DNA from: Callorhinchus milii
Lineage: Eukaryota
Direction: 5' to 3'
Assembly: GCF_018977255.1 (NCBI RefSeq)
Contig: NW_024704742.1
Span: 16,742,001 to 16,806,000 of the forward strand
Length of the DNA stretch: 64,000 bases
The notes beneath the pieces were generated by a model, which did not search any database, was not told the DNA's origin, and was given only the letters and a program-made list of their open reading frames with translations. Position numbers and translations under genes: made by a program. Shown here in pieces: positions 1-13,189 of the stretch. Each line of letters begins with the position of its first letter. Position 1 is the stretch's first letter.

Positions 1-253
1 TGTATTTTGACTGTACATAACAGCAGGACTTGATGACTCAGGCTGTGATCATTCCCAGAGATGCATGGAGCCCTCAACCTATGTTTGATAGAAATAAGGT
101 CTTTTGTTTAGCATCAGAAGTTCAACAAATACATGACAAATTTAAGTGATGGGTCACTCATAGTGGTGATCTTCCCCCTTATAACTGCCTCTGAGCCATT
201 ACGTTAGATCTCCAACAAGGGCACTCAAGACACAGGAGATTGGCGGATTGCTT

Positions 254-581
254 TTAATAATAATAATAATAATAATCCTTGCATTTGATATAGCGCTTTT
301 CATGTCGGGCGGACGTCCCAAAGCGCTTCACACAGCACACTGTAAAGTGAATTGACTGTATATTTGTGGGCGAACGCGGCAGCCAATTGCGCACAGCAAT
401 GTCCCACAAACAGTCATAGATTGAAAATAACCAATTTATTATTGTTTTTGGTTTTGGAGGGATTATTATTAGGCGTGTGGAGTAAGGAAACTTGCCCAAG
501 GTTTCGACCTCTGCTTGGAATTGAACTCAGGTCTCTCGCTTGCAAAGCGAGTGCTCTAACCACTGAGCTACAGGACTCCAC
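254..581 (-). mobile_element. tRNA-Ala-derived SINE, young short subfamily (~325 bp)
   Basis: Reverse complement starts GTGGAGTCCTGTAGCTCAGTGG (A box), has a GTTCAATTCC B box, an L2-type 3' stem-loop and a (TTA)n tail; near-identical to copies at 38494, 51131, 54166 and 62706. Confidence 0.93.
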
Positions 582-759
582 TTTTCCAGGGATAATAATC
601 CTTAAAAAAATACAATAATAATTTGGTCACTAAATCCACAACTGTTTGACCCGGGAGAGAGTGCTACTTGTTTTTTGCTTCAGCCATCATTTTGATTGGC
701 CATTCTGTGCTCTAAAAATCCTCTGATGTAAAATGGATCTCCACACCTCTCCCTTTATA

Positions 760-930
760 ATTTTTTAGTAATGATCTTAATTGATGTCCTCCTGTTACCA
801 ATTCACCGATCATCAGAAATAATTTCTTCCCATTTCCCTTTTCAAAATCCCTTTTATAATTTTGAACGAATCTATCAGGTCTCCTGGCAACAGTCTCTAT
901 TGCAGTGAAAACAGTTCCAATTTCTCCCGT
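760..930 (-). mobile_element. Old CR1 LINE ORF2 C-terminal fragment
   Basis: Reverse complement reads as degraded KLELFSLQ.RLLPGDLI..FKIIKG, the CR1 LGLFSLEKRRLRGDLIEVFKI motif. Confidence 0.6.
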
Positions 931-1964
931 CCTCTATTCTGGAGGTGTGTAGCATAATAACTGATAACATCAGTGCTGCCTTTTAAAAGTGGTTTCTTTA
1001 TTTTCAGTTGTGCTTTGGTTGACAGGTTTAGCATTGAAAAGCCTTCCTGTGTGTTCAGTAAAATTACAATCTATCATGAACTGAACCTTATTATAGCCCC
1101 AAACCCATTGTGAAAGTCAGGGAATGATATACATTCTATTAAGTTCTCCGATTTATCTATGTTTTATCCAATTTGCTGACTACCTCTCTGACAATAATAT
1201 TCAATTAAAGTAGAATCATAAAAAAAATTGGAAGGCTGAATACAAATGATGGGGTCAACAGAGTTTATTTAATGCCTTCTCACTGCAATGACAGAGTATG
1301 TTAGGACAAATATGTTTCTGTCTCTTTCTGCAGTTCAACATAGTTCATTCAGTTGAAAGTAATTGAAGGAAAACTTATTTTGGTGGCACTGTAAAAAAAA
1401 TTAAAGAATATGTTGCACTGAAATGGAATTGCTTCATAGACTACACCAATGGCTTGCTGATGTTTTCTGGTAAAAGGAAATGGTAAAAACAAAATGTCTA
1501 CATAGCAGCTATGAGGCGACTTTCTCTTTCTCTTGCAGTGATGTATTATCAAATGCCTTGAAATGGCAGGTCATACTTTTGTAGTACAATTACATATAGG
1601 ATTTTTGCCAATGAGTTATTGTTAACCTCTTTTCTTCAGTAATGTACAACAACTGAAAATACAAAGGTCATTCATCACTTCTTCAGCTTCTTCCTGAACT
1701 GAAAAAAACCCTCAAGTATTACTACAATTCTGAAGAATTGTATTTAGTAGTTTGGGATAACACCTGAACTATACTAAGTCTTTCAGTGGGGTGAAAATTG
1801 TAAACTGAGATGTGTTAATTAATAACAATGTCAGTTATTAGATTGTTGGCAAATCTGCTCAGTTGTTAATTAAAGAGCTGTTTTGTACATCCCAGTTTTA
1901 CTGTCTTTTTTTTAGTTAAGCTTGTGCTGAGCTTGCTGCAGACTATGACTGAAAGTATGACTGT

Positions 1965-2309
1965 TGTTTGGCATGGTTAGTAGCACTCTCATGCTTTAGT
2001 CAGAAGGTCGTGTTTTGAGGCTCCACTTCAGGATGTTTGGGTCATAATCTAAACTGACACTCCAGGGAAGTGCTGTTTTGTCACAGGTGCTGTCATTCAG
2101 ATAAGATAATAATTCAAAGTCCCATCTGATTGTTCCGATGGATGTTAAAGTTAAATTTATTAACCATTTATTAACGATTCCATGACACTATTGAAAGTGA
2201 AGGAAGTTTCTCCTGTTGTCCTAGTCAACAATTCTCCAGATAAAAATTGTACTTTGAGACGTTTGCATGATGTGATAAAGCGCTATATCAAATGCAAGGA
2301 TTGTTGTTA
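1965..2309 (+). mobile_element. Old Deu-domain SINE (SacSINE1-like), internally deleted
   Basis: tagcactctc...gtcagaaggtcgtg head, ctgacactccag...ggtgctgtcattcagataag...ggatgttaaag Deu-like core, and the shared gcgctatatcaaatgcaaggatt tail. Confidence 0.75.
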
Positions 2310-5058
2310 TATGATTATTTCTGTTTGATTGCCTGTTAAATGTAAAATATCCAAACTAAGTGAGGAATTTGAAACATTTGATTTGAAATAAATGCACATA
2401 GTATGGATGATTTGGATCAAAGTTCTCTTGCATTACATTATTTGAAGTCTACTTTGAAAGTGTTTTTTACCTGAATTTAGTTTTTGAGCCTGACTGGGAA
2501 GGGAAGTCCCTGCTGTGAAATAAAAGGGGATTGTCACAGTGTATTATCTTCCCAAAGGGAGAAGTAGCAGATAGTTAAACAAAAATGCAGTAACAGTGGA
2601 GAGGTTGCTACAGGACTTTAAAAGTGGGAAACTATACAAGGTTTGAAATATTGAAGGCAATTGGCAATGAGCATGGTGGTGGGCAAAGAGATATCATCAG
2701 GCAGGAATCAAGAGGTTCTGTTCTGCATCAGTGTAAATGTGTGTAGTGGAGAGGGAATGCCAGAGACTTGAGGAACAAAAGCGTTCTGAACATTCAGTGT
2801 AATCAGTAAAAATGAGCAAATGGTCACTTGTAGGGGAGTGTGCAGTAGGGTAAAACCCAGAATAGTTTTTCATTCCTCAGTAGTGCAGTGTTCCGATCAT
2901 AGGCGAGGAATGTAATTTTTTGTTTCAGAAGCAGGATTTGAACCTGAGGTTGCAATACAGTATTTGTGTAATCTGAGGTAGTGCTGTTGTGGGCGGCCAC
3001 ATTTCAATTGAATGAATGGGAAACAATGAAGAAAATGGCAGTTACTGGCACATGCCTTTGGACAAGCATCCAAAACTCTTGGCTGAAGACTATGAATTCA
3101 GAACCATTGATGTTGAGTATGGCTTATAAGGATTACTGCCATTTAAAATTGCATTACTGGTTTCAGAGGAGCTGATGTTTGGTGCTCCCAGTTCATGATC
3201 AGGTCTTTGTTGTGTGCTGCACATTTTTCCTTTTTTCCTTGATGACTTTCCTTTGTAGAAACCTGAGCAGAGTGCTTTCAGCCTTTGTGAATGGTACTTT
3301 GTAAGTGAAAGTTGTTGAATATAAATTAAGAAACATTTAAGGACTTTGAAGTTGCTCATAGCTTAATCCAAGAGTGTAAGAAACATTTATAGCTTCTGTG
3401 TCTGAAGCCAATCTGAGATCTCTGCCGGCTGTCATTGTTGCCAATTGCTGAGCTCAGTATTTTAATGGCAATATCTCATGTATTTTAGTGCAAGTACTGA
3501 AAAGCTCATCTCCATGGGCAGCATGCAGCATTTTAATGACAACCATCAGTGTTTGGGGTTTGCATCAGACCAAACAGTCATGCCAAAGTCAGTTTTCAAT
3601 ATGATATTATATCACAGTTTCATCCCCATGTAGATCAACAGCATATCAAATATCAAATAAACACAAGTATTTAGATGGAATCTTGGTTTTCTGTTCTTGT
3701 GAGCAGCATTCAAGAGGCCGGTCAGTCTGCGCCAGAAATAAACCTCACGAACAGTAACTCACATTATAACAGGCGATTCACATTATAAGTGAGTCACGCT
3801 CTCGAGGGGGGCTTTCTAATAGGGTCGCCCCAGAATGAACAAGTACCAATTAGAGAAAAATGTTTTTACTACCGGGAATTAAATAAAGTTATATCATAGC
3901 ACTTTGAAAAAAGTACATTTTACAAATAATGTGTATGAGAAGTGCCAAAGATTAGACGTTAGAGAAAATGTCTGTGAATCCATGTCATAATAGGGCTGAA
4001 GTAAAATTCCATCGAGGGCATTTGTTACCAATATTTACCAAAAAGGAGTATGACATTTCACTACTAATGCCTACGCCATAGACATTGTCAGAAGTACTAT
4101 CGTATATAGCGTATCTCAGACAGTGTTCCCTACATCGAGCTCGAGCAGTCTGTGGATGTGCATTAAAATATTAAACACTTAAAAATGTATTTAATATCAG
4201 AAACATTAAATGATGCAATTTGAAGTCATGTTTCTAATCCAGTTTGTTCAGCATGGATTAATTATTCTTGTTTTGTCATCAGGGACAATGTCTCTTGATG
4301 TTAATACTCCAGTTGATGTAAATAAAGATGTATAATAAGAAACGTAAATGCTAAACAAGTGACATTGGTCATAAAGTAATGAGAAATTGTACTTAGTGTC
4401 AAAGATGTCCTGTAATAACTGACCTCTAGCGTCCCACAGAAGTTGTACATGCCATTTCATTTCTCAGCTAAGAGGCAAAAGGAAAATGCCAGAATGATGC
4501 TTTGGGCTATGGAGGAGCCATTTCATTATTTATACATTTGAATATAAAAGATTAATATTAATCACAGCTTGTCTTAGTCAAAATTCAGATGTGTTTCCCC
4601 CATGAAACAAAATGCCTTGTTTAATCTATTCAGGGAATGAACAAAATACATTTGCAGGCAATTGAAATTCCAGAAGTTATTTGTATTAGTTTGCTTATTT
4701 TAAAAAAAGGAAGATTTGAAGACATGGCTTGTTTTCAGTCTAAGCTTCAACAAAGTGATATTTGTTTTACAGTAACTCATCTAGAGTAAGATGTGAAACA
4801 AAACATGAAAAAGTATTATATTAATTTGTCAAAATCCATTAAACAAAAAGTATCCATATGTTGCACTTTTCTAAAAGTATATTTATTATATATACACTTG
4901 ATGGGTTAGTCCATGAAATTCATTATTCATGAATCTAATCTCATAATCACTGAATCATTCACTTGATTTGGTCATTCTTCTCTGTAATATTACAAACCTG
5001 GGAAAAGGATTGTGGGGATAATATCACAATTTGTGTTGTTTTCCTTGTCACTGTTTAG

Positions 5059-5185
5059 TATGAAAGAAACCAGCCTTTCCCACAAGCAGCGGAAAGGAGG
5101 ATCCAATTCAGCAAATTGCAAGCCCTGCCCGGTGGTTCATCCTACTCTTGTATGTGGAACTGATGGCCACACATACTCTTCTCTG
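5059..5185 (+). CDS. SPOCK3: Testican (SPOCK3-like) internal coding exon, N-terminal half of Kazal domain
   Basis: Pyrimidine tract plus AG at 5057-5058; donor GTAAGG at 5186. Phase 2 start, phase 0 end. Encodes MKETSLSHKQRKGGSNSANCKPCPVVHPTLVCGTDGHTYSSL, resembling human SPOCK3 MKEAG...CKQCPVVYPSPVCGSDGHTYS as I recall it. Confidence 0.93.
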
Positions 5186-5339
5186 GTAAGGATGTGCTGA
5201 TGAGAAAAAAAGAAGATTTTTGAGTTCTTCTGAGAATTGTTTTCACTAACCTTTATAATTTTTGATTGTAGATTTAATATGTATAGTATTATTAATGAAG
5301 GCAAAACTGAAGTTATACTCTGGAACTGACAAGGTTGGG

Positions 5340-5548
5340 GGAAAAAAATCACACTCAGAGTAGTTAGGATATGCATTGCCCTGCCAAGAGCAAAATCTAT
5401 ATTGGCCTGCAAGAGGCAATTGGACAAATTCCTTAAAAAGAGTAACCTACAAGGGTGTGGGGAAAGGTCAGATAAGTGGAACTGAAAGGATTGCTCTTGA
5501 AGGAGCTGGCACAAATACTTTTGTGCCATAAATTTCTATGGTTCTATG
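5340..5548 (+). mobile_element. CR1 LINE 3' end fragment
   Basis: Degraded ORF2 end and 3' UTR ending in ttctatggttctatg, an 8-bp CR1-type tail repeat. Confidence 0.65.
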
Positions 5549-7934
5549 GTTGCCCTAAGAAAATCAGAGCACCATATTAATTTACATCATGATTGCACAA
5601 TTTCCCACTCATCGGTTCCAGACAAGCATTAAAGATGGAACCACCATGTTTTCCTGGTCATGCTTTCAACCTGGACCCAGTTGTAATGTTGGAGAAGCTG
5701 GAAATAAAGTTAAGCATTTTTTATTCATAAACATTTACATTAGTTTGTTTTTTTCTTGGGTTTTATCACATACTGACCACCAACATCAGCAATATGTTTC
5801 TTAAAAACAGATCATTGGTGAGAATGAATGAGAGACCCACTTCTCCATTAATTTATTCTGGAGTCCAATATTATTGCCTTCTAGTTCCTCACCCAGGTGA
5901 CCATTCTTCACTTTTTAGCCTGGACAGTGAGCTCTGTGTTAAACTGATTGAGAAAAGGGCAATCTTTTTGTCAAACCTTTAAAATGTTAATGAGACATAC
6001 GGTGATTCATCTTCTAAGATGCTGTATGACCAGTGACAATTAGACACCCATTATAGCATGAATTTTGACAACTAGATAGATGTGACTGTTCAGAAATATA
6101 ATAATTCTAAGCAATTAATGTCAATCAGACCGCCCTTCTGGAATTGGTTTATTGGTCACAATTTTGTTTTGTTTCTGCTATACAAATGTAATCTTATGTT
6201 GTTGTTGTTGATGTTCTATATACACACTAAATTACAAAAAGAAGCTTTCAAAAGGCATTTGTCTCCATTTGAGAAATGAAGGCTGAAGATAAGTTTTCCA
6301 TTATTGGTTTACTGAAGAAATTATTTCATTTATTTTAGCAACCTCAATTATCTGGCCACTAATTTAAGAACTGGACCTTTTATAGCGAACTTGATCCTTT
6401 CAAGAAATTAACTCTAAGGGTGCAAAAGACAATAGAAACTCCTATCTGTTGCACCAACCTTTTTTGCTCATCATTATTACTTATTTTTTCTGAAAAAACA
6501 ACAGTATTACAATAATGAAGCCACTCAAATTTCAGGATAGCTTTACTATTATAACATCTATCAATCACAGCACACAATATTAAATAAAAATGCAACATTG
6601 AAAGTAAACTACTTTAAAAACGTTACCTCTCGCTTCTATTTCCTCTCATATTATCTTTGTCCTTTTTAATATTTTTGCCATTTTCTAACCTATTCTAATC
6701 TTTTCCACTTGTTTTTTTTACCTCAAACCTTGGACTTATTTTTCTTTCATCCGCTGTCTGTTTTGAAAGGTGGTAAGAACTATTTTTAAAAGTGATCTTT
6801 ATTTTTTTGAGAAGTTCAAAACCACCTTGGAAAGACATTCAATGAAAACCTAAAACACTTAAGAAAATGGCAGGCCCATTATTAGATGGAACTCTTGTCA
6901 ATTTCAGCAATAAGATTAAGATATAAGAGGGGTGAAGTCTTGAACAAGCATAGTCAACCGTGAATCTGATGCCCTATCATGCAGAAAAATATACTCATTC
7001 ACAGTGGCACTAATAGTTAAGATACCAATATGATATATTTTCATTGCTAAATATGCTGTAATGAAAGATTATGGTTGCATGTCCATATAATATTTGAGAC
7101 TATGATCAGTAAATGCTGCCCAGCTCATTCGACAATGAAGCAATTTTGTGTGAAACAAAACCACTATACATTTCAATCTCATATAACATGATTTTAACTG
7201 AGTAGTAGCTATCTTCAGGCCAGAGAAAATGTAGATGAGTGCAAGCTGCAAAATGAAGCATTGCAAAGAATTGCTTTCAATATTGATCAGCTTCCATTTA
7301 TTGATTCTAAAAACTTGACCATGCAGTAGATTTGTCTGAAGGGTGTGGTAGCACTGAAGTTAATATCTTTGAGCCCAAACTAAGAACAGTGCTAATCACT
7401 GATTAGTTCCTTTGGGTTCAACTAGGATGGTTTACAATCTGCTTTGGATTTTTTAAAATACATATTTAAACACTTCAAGATGCTACACTGTGTGAGGGGC
7501 TCTATATACATGCATGTATATATGCTAAAAGTTAAGGAAGTGTTAGAAAATTTCCATTGTACTTTAGAAAACTTTGAAGTTTTTCTGCTTCTTGATCACG
7601 GTCTAAACTAGAACAGCCAAAATGGAAGAAAGATGAAGTTGATTCAATGTTATAAATTATAAATAACAAGGGTTTGGGAAGTTTGAGGGTTTTTTTTAAT
7701 AAACAAATGATACAGTTCCTTCCATCTTACAAATGGCCATGAGTCATTATCGTAAACAAAATCATAAAGACGTATTTTCTGGGTACTGATTTAATGTAGC
7801 TGTCCAGTTGCTAGTTGTAGCCTCTTTTCCAGTCTCATTATGCTCATCTGTTCCCCTTGGTAAACTTGGGCTTGCTGCACGTTGCCCTCCCCACCCCACC
7901 CCACTCTGTCATACCATCTGTAGCTGAATATAAG

Positions 7935-8280
7935 GACATACGATCATAAGAATTTGCTTGGCAAAAGAAGACCAAGGTCTATCCAGTTCGCTTTCCACAA
8001 TTCTGGCGATCGTATCCAGAGATATAACAAGAACATAAGAATTTGCTAGGACCTTCAACCTCTGCTGAACTTCCTCCTTTATCCACTCTGTATCACCCCA
8101 CTCTTTATCTTCAAAACCACCTAAAACCCTATCTTTTTGATTGTGCCTAAGGTCACCTCCCTCCTCCTCCTTCCCCCTCCCTTTCCCCCTTCCCAGCTAG
8201 GTGTACAGCAAAATCTCTCTAAAGTCCTCTGAGGGGTTACTCTCTATGTGAAGGGTGCTATATAAATACAAGCTTTTATT
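7935..8280. mobile_element. Composite: CR1-type 3' tail (-) followed by degraded L2 3' end (+)
   Basis: cataagaatttgct occurs twice (CR1 tail, minus strand); 8050-8280 has ttcaaaacc..taaaaccctatctttttga and gtgaagggtgctatataaatacaag (L2 tail). Confidence 0.55.
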
Positions 8281-8737
8281 GTGTAGATGAACAATGAGCT
8301 TGATCTCTTCCAGCCTAGTGGGAAAGGCTTAAAGTATGGCATGTCCATCAACTCCTGGATGTCAGGCAAAATGTTGATAAGTAACCTTGCAGCAATAGTG
8401 TATGGTCTGAGCAGTATTGATTGGCAAAGCTGTATTGTCTGTTAATAACATTCCCCACTAGGTAACATTGTTCCATTTTAAACAGCACTTTCTTAGTGGC
8501 CAAACATGAATATTCAACAGTATCCTGTTTTGTGAGGTGTCTCATTCACAATAAGCTTTCCGATCAGATTTCTTTGCTGCAATGACATTGAAATATAGAC
8601 AGTCTTCCACATTTGAACTGTAGCACATTTTCTATTTGATTCCTCTTCACGGTGGTGATATAGCAATATACTACCCGAGGAATGATTTCAAGATGATCAT
8701 GTAGGACAGTTACAAAATAATCGGGTAGACAGTAGAA

Positions 8738-8846
8738 GTGGACAAGGTACTGGATGTGGTAAGGCAGTGTTATGGGCAACGTAGTGGATGTGGGCAAGGC
8801 AGTGGATGTACCAGTGATGTACTGGACATGTGGTGAGGCACTGAAT
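8738..8846 (+). repeat. Degenerate ~18-bp minisatellite (gtgggcaaggcagtggat), 5-6 units
   Basis: Units gtggacaaggtactggat, gtggtaaggcagtgtt, atgggcaacgtagtggat, gtgggcaaggcagtggat, and later gtggtgaggcactgaat. Confidence 0.65.
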
Positions 8847-9678
8847 GTGATTTTACACTGTAAATTTAATATGAAATGATGCTTACCCAACTGGTTTTAT
8901 ACAGTTGGTGCAAAATAACTAATTGTTTAATAGTGATGCCTCTGGTAAGTTGTGCAGTTCCTTTGTGTGAGGCCATCCAGGGAAGTGCCCAAGGTCATCA
9001 GGGTCCTCCTGCTTTCAGCTGCATGCAGTTTCTGAAGAATATTCACGGATCCCACAAGGTACTTTCTCTATAGAATAGCTGTGCCTAGATAAGATTAGCC
9101 AAGCACATTCTGACTTCCACTGCAGTGAATGACTGCACTCACACGAGGGTCTGCAACCAAGGATTTCCATGATCAGATCGCTTACTTTTAACCCAGAAGC
9201 AGACATCAGCCCACTCACAAAGAGCTTATAACCACCATCTGACCAGATCTTCCACTGAGAGCTCATCCCTTCCAGAAAAATCTTTAGCATTCGACCCATT
9301 GGCAACACAGGAGCCAGGATTGCAGATATTTCTGAAAAATTCCTTTTGGTTTGCGAGTTTGCAGATCCACCAATGTGTCGAGTCTAGCCTTGCCAGCTAG
9401 CCCCTTAAACCAAGGGCAGGGGTGCACAGTTTTTAAGAAAGGCTGTATCTAACACTTGTGTTCCCTGAATAGAGTTGGTGAATAGGGACCAAGTCATTTA
9501 ATTGAGCAGCAAATTTACCCTTTCACCATAATTCCATTCCCCCACCCCGCCCCACCCCAGATGTAAGCATTAACTTGCTAGTACTACATTTCCGTTCCGC
9601 AGTTGAAGTATACGTGCACTCTTGACCTTGCCGTAACATTTCAAGATGGGTCCAAATTTGCATGGTGGTACAGTACCT

Positions 9679-10176
9679 CAACAACAACAACAAAATTACA
9701 TTTATAGAGCCCCCTTCACATCAGGAGGACATCCCAAAGCGCTGAACAGTCAGGGGTCAGGACGGGGGAGGGGTGGTGTAGGGGTGAGGGAAGGCAGAGA
9801 GGTGGAAGGGCCACCAAAGGCACAGTCGAAGAGAAGGGTCTTGAGACCGGCCTTGAAGGAGCCAAGGGAGGAAGCAAGGCGAAGGATGGAGTTCCAGAAT
9901 GTGGGGGCAGAGAGGCTAAAAGCCTGATGGTAAGGTGGGGCGGGAGACATGGAGCTGGATGAACGGAGGGAGTGGGCAGGTTGGTAGGGAGTCAGCAGGT
10001 CAGAGAGGTAGGAGAGGGCAAGGCCATGGATGACCTTAAAGGTGAGGATGAGGATCTTGAACTCGATCTCTGAGAGAGGGGGAGCCAGTGGAGTTGGGCG
10101 AGGGTGGGAGTGATGGGGTCACGGAGCCTGGTGCACGAGAGTACATGAGCTGCGGAGTTCTGGATGATCTGCAGCT
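9679..10176 (-). mobile_element. L2 LINE 3' fragment (family A)
   Basis: (CAA)n tail and 3' stem-loop; the minus-strand ORF has the L2 C-terminal motif AFSLSAPTFWNS..SFKAGLKTLLFD. Confidence 0.9.
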
Positions 10177-10460
10177 ACCTCAATATCAAAAGGTTATTTT
10201 ACTGTTAACTTTCAATCATTTTGATCTCAGTATGCTGCTGTTAGTACAAGTCACATTTCGAACATATTAGGTATATTCTTAATTCAGTTTAAATCAGCCC
10301 ATGCTCACAATAACTGTATCAGCAAAATAACTGCATTTTGCAGCAAGAAAAGGTTCTCACCCATTGAATAGAAATGATATTTTGACATCTACAAGTAGTA
10401 TTTCTGTGTCAGAATTTTTTTGAAAGGAAGACCTTGACTATTTTGAATAAAGATTTTTTT

Positions 10461-11041
10461 GAATCACATTGTAATATATAGCACAAAAACAGGCCATTCA
10501 GCCCAATTGGTCTATGCCGGTGTTTATATTCCACATGAACCTCCTCCTGACGTTCCTCAACTAAGCCTTCAAGCATAACCTTCTATTCCTTTCTCCCTCA
10601 TGTACTTATCTAGCTTCCCCTTAAATACATCTCTGCTATTTGTCTCAACAACTCCTTGTGGTAGCATATTCCACATTCCCACTACTCTTTGTGTGAAGAC
10701 ATTTCTTCTAACTTCCCTATTCAATCTGTTTGTGACTATTTTATATTGATGGCTCCTGGGTTTGGTCTCCCCCAACATGGAAACATCTTCCGTATGTCGA
10801 CTCTATCAAAACCTTTCATCATTTTAAAGACCTCTATCAGATCATCCCTTACCCTCATCTTTTCAAGAGAAAAGAGTCCATGTATGCTCAGCCTTTCCTG
10901 ATAGGTATAACCTCTCGGTTCTGGGTTCATCCTTGTGAATCTCCTTTACATCCTCTCCAGTGCCTCTACATCCTTCTATAATGTGGGGACCAGAACTGCA
11001 CAGTATTCTAAGTCTGGTCTAACCAATGTTCTATTGAGGTT
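10461..11041 (-). mobile_element. CR1 LINE 3' fragment
   Basis: Minus-strand ORFs GLFSLEKMRVRDDLIEVFKMMKGFD and FTQRVVGMWNMLPQGVVE..FKGKLDKYM are the CR1 ORF2 C-terminus, frameshifted. Confidence 0.92.
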
Positions 11042-11440
11042 TACCATAACCTCTATAGATCCTTGGTTAGACCACACTTGGTTAGACCAATAATTGGTAC
11101 ATTTCTCCAATTCAGCACTATATCGTTCAGCATGAGAAAATGAAGGCTATAAACTCGGCATGAGAAAATTAGTGCTGTAAATGTGGTGTGGCATTGCAAA
11201 ACATTCTACACTACATGTACTACACTATCATTTCACAGAAAATTGTGGTTAAATAAAAGGAGTATTATTGCACAGGTTGTAAAAGTACATGAAGGTGTGA
11301 ACGTGTGTAAGTTATCTAAATGCGGAGCTGATATTGCATGTTTGGTGGTGAAAGGCAGCAATTCAAGCAATTGCCACCAAATGTTTGTGAATACTTTTAA
11401 GCATATATTTGTAAGAATCTATTTCTTTTCTTTTCCACAG

Positions 11441-11546
11441 TGCAAACTAGAATATCAAGCGTGCATGTCAGGCAAACAGATCTCAGTCACATGTGAAGGA
11501 CGGTGTCCCTGCTCATCCACAGTGGAAGGAAAAAATGAAAAGAAAG
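11441..11546 (+). CDS. SPOCK3: Testican (SPOCK3-like) internal coding exon, C-terminal half of Kazal domain
   Basis: Acceptor tttcttttcttttccacAG; donor AAG|GTATGG at 11547. 106 bp, phase 0 to 1. Encodes CKLEYQACMSGKQISVTCEGRCPCSSTVEGKNEKK, in frame with the previous exon; CKLEYQAC..GKQISV.CEG.CPC is SPOCK3-type. Confidence 0.95.
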
Positions 11547-12330
11547 GTATGGCTTCACTGAGTCTTCACTAACCGTTTATCAATGGAAAGTGTAGTATTT
11601 TGTGCTTTGGTGGTAATGACAGGCAGAGTATGAATTTGAATAATAATATTTCCATTTGTTTGCTTTCTTTTTTTGTTAATAAAACACATTTTCATGTTAT
11701 TAAACATAGTATTACCTCTAAAATGTATTGCCCACTGTGCAACTCTCTGAGGTCCAAAGTTTTGCATGATATTAGTTTTACAACTATTGTCATAAAATTT
11801 AAGGTAGTATGGAATTTGGGAATTTACTTAATTCAGTGTTAATTTCAAAGCTGGTTTCAAACAATACCCAGAAAGAACTTTGGAGATGCAGTTCCCAACT
11901 TAAAAAGCACAATCTTAAAATTGAAGAGAGCAGTCTTAAGGCTAAGACCATGAGCAGTTTAAGGAATCGCAGTTGTGTATAAATGCTTTCTTCAAATTCT
12001 TAAGGGAATTCTCCAGGTTATTGGTGTAATGTTAAAGATGAGAATTGAATACCAGTTAAATTGGATTAGCACAGCTTCTCATACGCATTTCTTACCCTCC
12101 ACTGTTATAAATATGTTTTGTGTTTGTCTTGCCATATGTAGTTACTGCCATTGGTTGATATTTGTCTAAATGATTGTAGTGAAAGCATCATTGCAGATCT
12201 AAATGCATGAACACCCATTTAAAGTGAGTATAATATCTGTCAAATACTGGTGAACACTGTTCTAAATTAATGCAGCTGTTACCATTTATGCTCCCTGCCA
12301 AACTGAGTCCATAGGTATAAAAAGGGCTAA

Positions 12331-12553
12331 AAGGGTGGTGAATGTATGGAACTCACTACCCCAAAGGGCTGTTGACGCTCAGACCTTGAACATATTCAAG
12401 ACTGAGATAGATTTCTTATTGCAAAAGGGATTAAGGGATATGGGGATAAGGCAGGGTCAGGTTATTAGCTGGAGTTAGATTAGAAGATCAGCCATGATTG
12501 AATGGCAGGGCAAGCTCGAAGGGCCGAATGGCCTACTCCTGTTATGTTATGTT
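12331..12553 (+). mobile_element. CR1 LINE 3' end
   Basis: RVVNVWNSLPQRAV coding stretch, then 3' UTR gggccgaatggcctactcctg and a ttatg tail. Confidence 0.85.
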
Positions 12554-12977
12554 AATGAAAGATTTTAGTATAAAAATGGTCTGCAGATTCTTTACAGATA
12601 TAAAAGTCTGTATGGGAAATTTGTCTTAAACATTGTAATTGTGGTGTTAATTATCCTTAAAAAGATGATGAGTAAAATAACTCATTATACCTCTTGAACG
12701 AAATTATAAGTGTGTGGCTCCCTATTAACATTGTTGCGTGATATTAGTTTGGTGCCTCTGCATAGGAACCAGGAAAATAATTAGTGAAGTGTTTTGTGAT
12801 GTGATAATTAACACGTATAGTGCTAATTAGCTTAAGCATTGAATTTAGTGGCTTTGGGGTATTTGGGCATTGCAGTTTCATTTAGCGACCTAGTGACATT
12901 ACTTTGATTTTTTTTAGTCTCGTTGAATTGTTTTTTACATTAATTTGGAATCAAATGCATATTGACTGCTCGGCATA

Positions 12978-13189
12978 CAACAACAACAACAACAAGATTC
13001 CATTTATAAAGCGCCTTTCACGTCAGGAGGACGTCCCAAGGCGCTGCACAGTTGGGTCATGACCCGAGCAGGGGGAAATGGTCAGGGTGAGGGGAGGGAA
13101 GGGAGGGAGCGAGGAGGGGGGAAATGGTCAGGGTGAGGGGAGGGAAGGGAGGGAGCGAGGAGGGGGGAAATGGTCAGGGGGAGGGAAGG
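12978..13189 (-). mobile_element. L2 3' end containing a 46-bp G-rich tandem repeat (~2.5 copies)
   Basis: (CAA)n tail plus stem-loop; aaatggtcaggg recurs at 13076, 13122 and 13168. Confidence 0.88.

Noticed and set aside
254..618. Recurring ORFs MGKFPYST..., MTVYLWAN... and MESCSSVV... (also near 34.4, 38.5, 51.1, 54.2 and 62.8 kb) that look like a small multigene family
   Set aside because: They are translations of the same SINE in different frames, mostly with non-ATG starts; the poly-Tyr ends are the (TTA)n tail.
2480..3360. Possible ancient LINE endonuclease remnant (SDH-like codons on the minus strand near 2820)
   Set aside because: Only a three-residue motif is recognisable; too weak without an HMM search.
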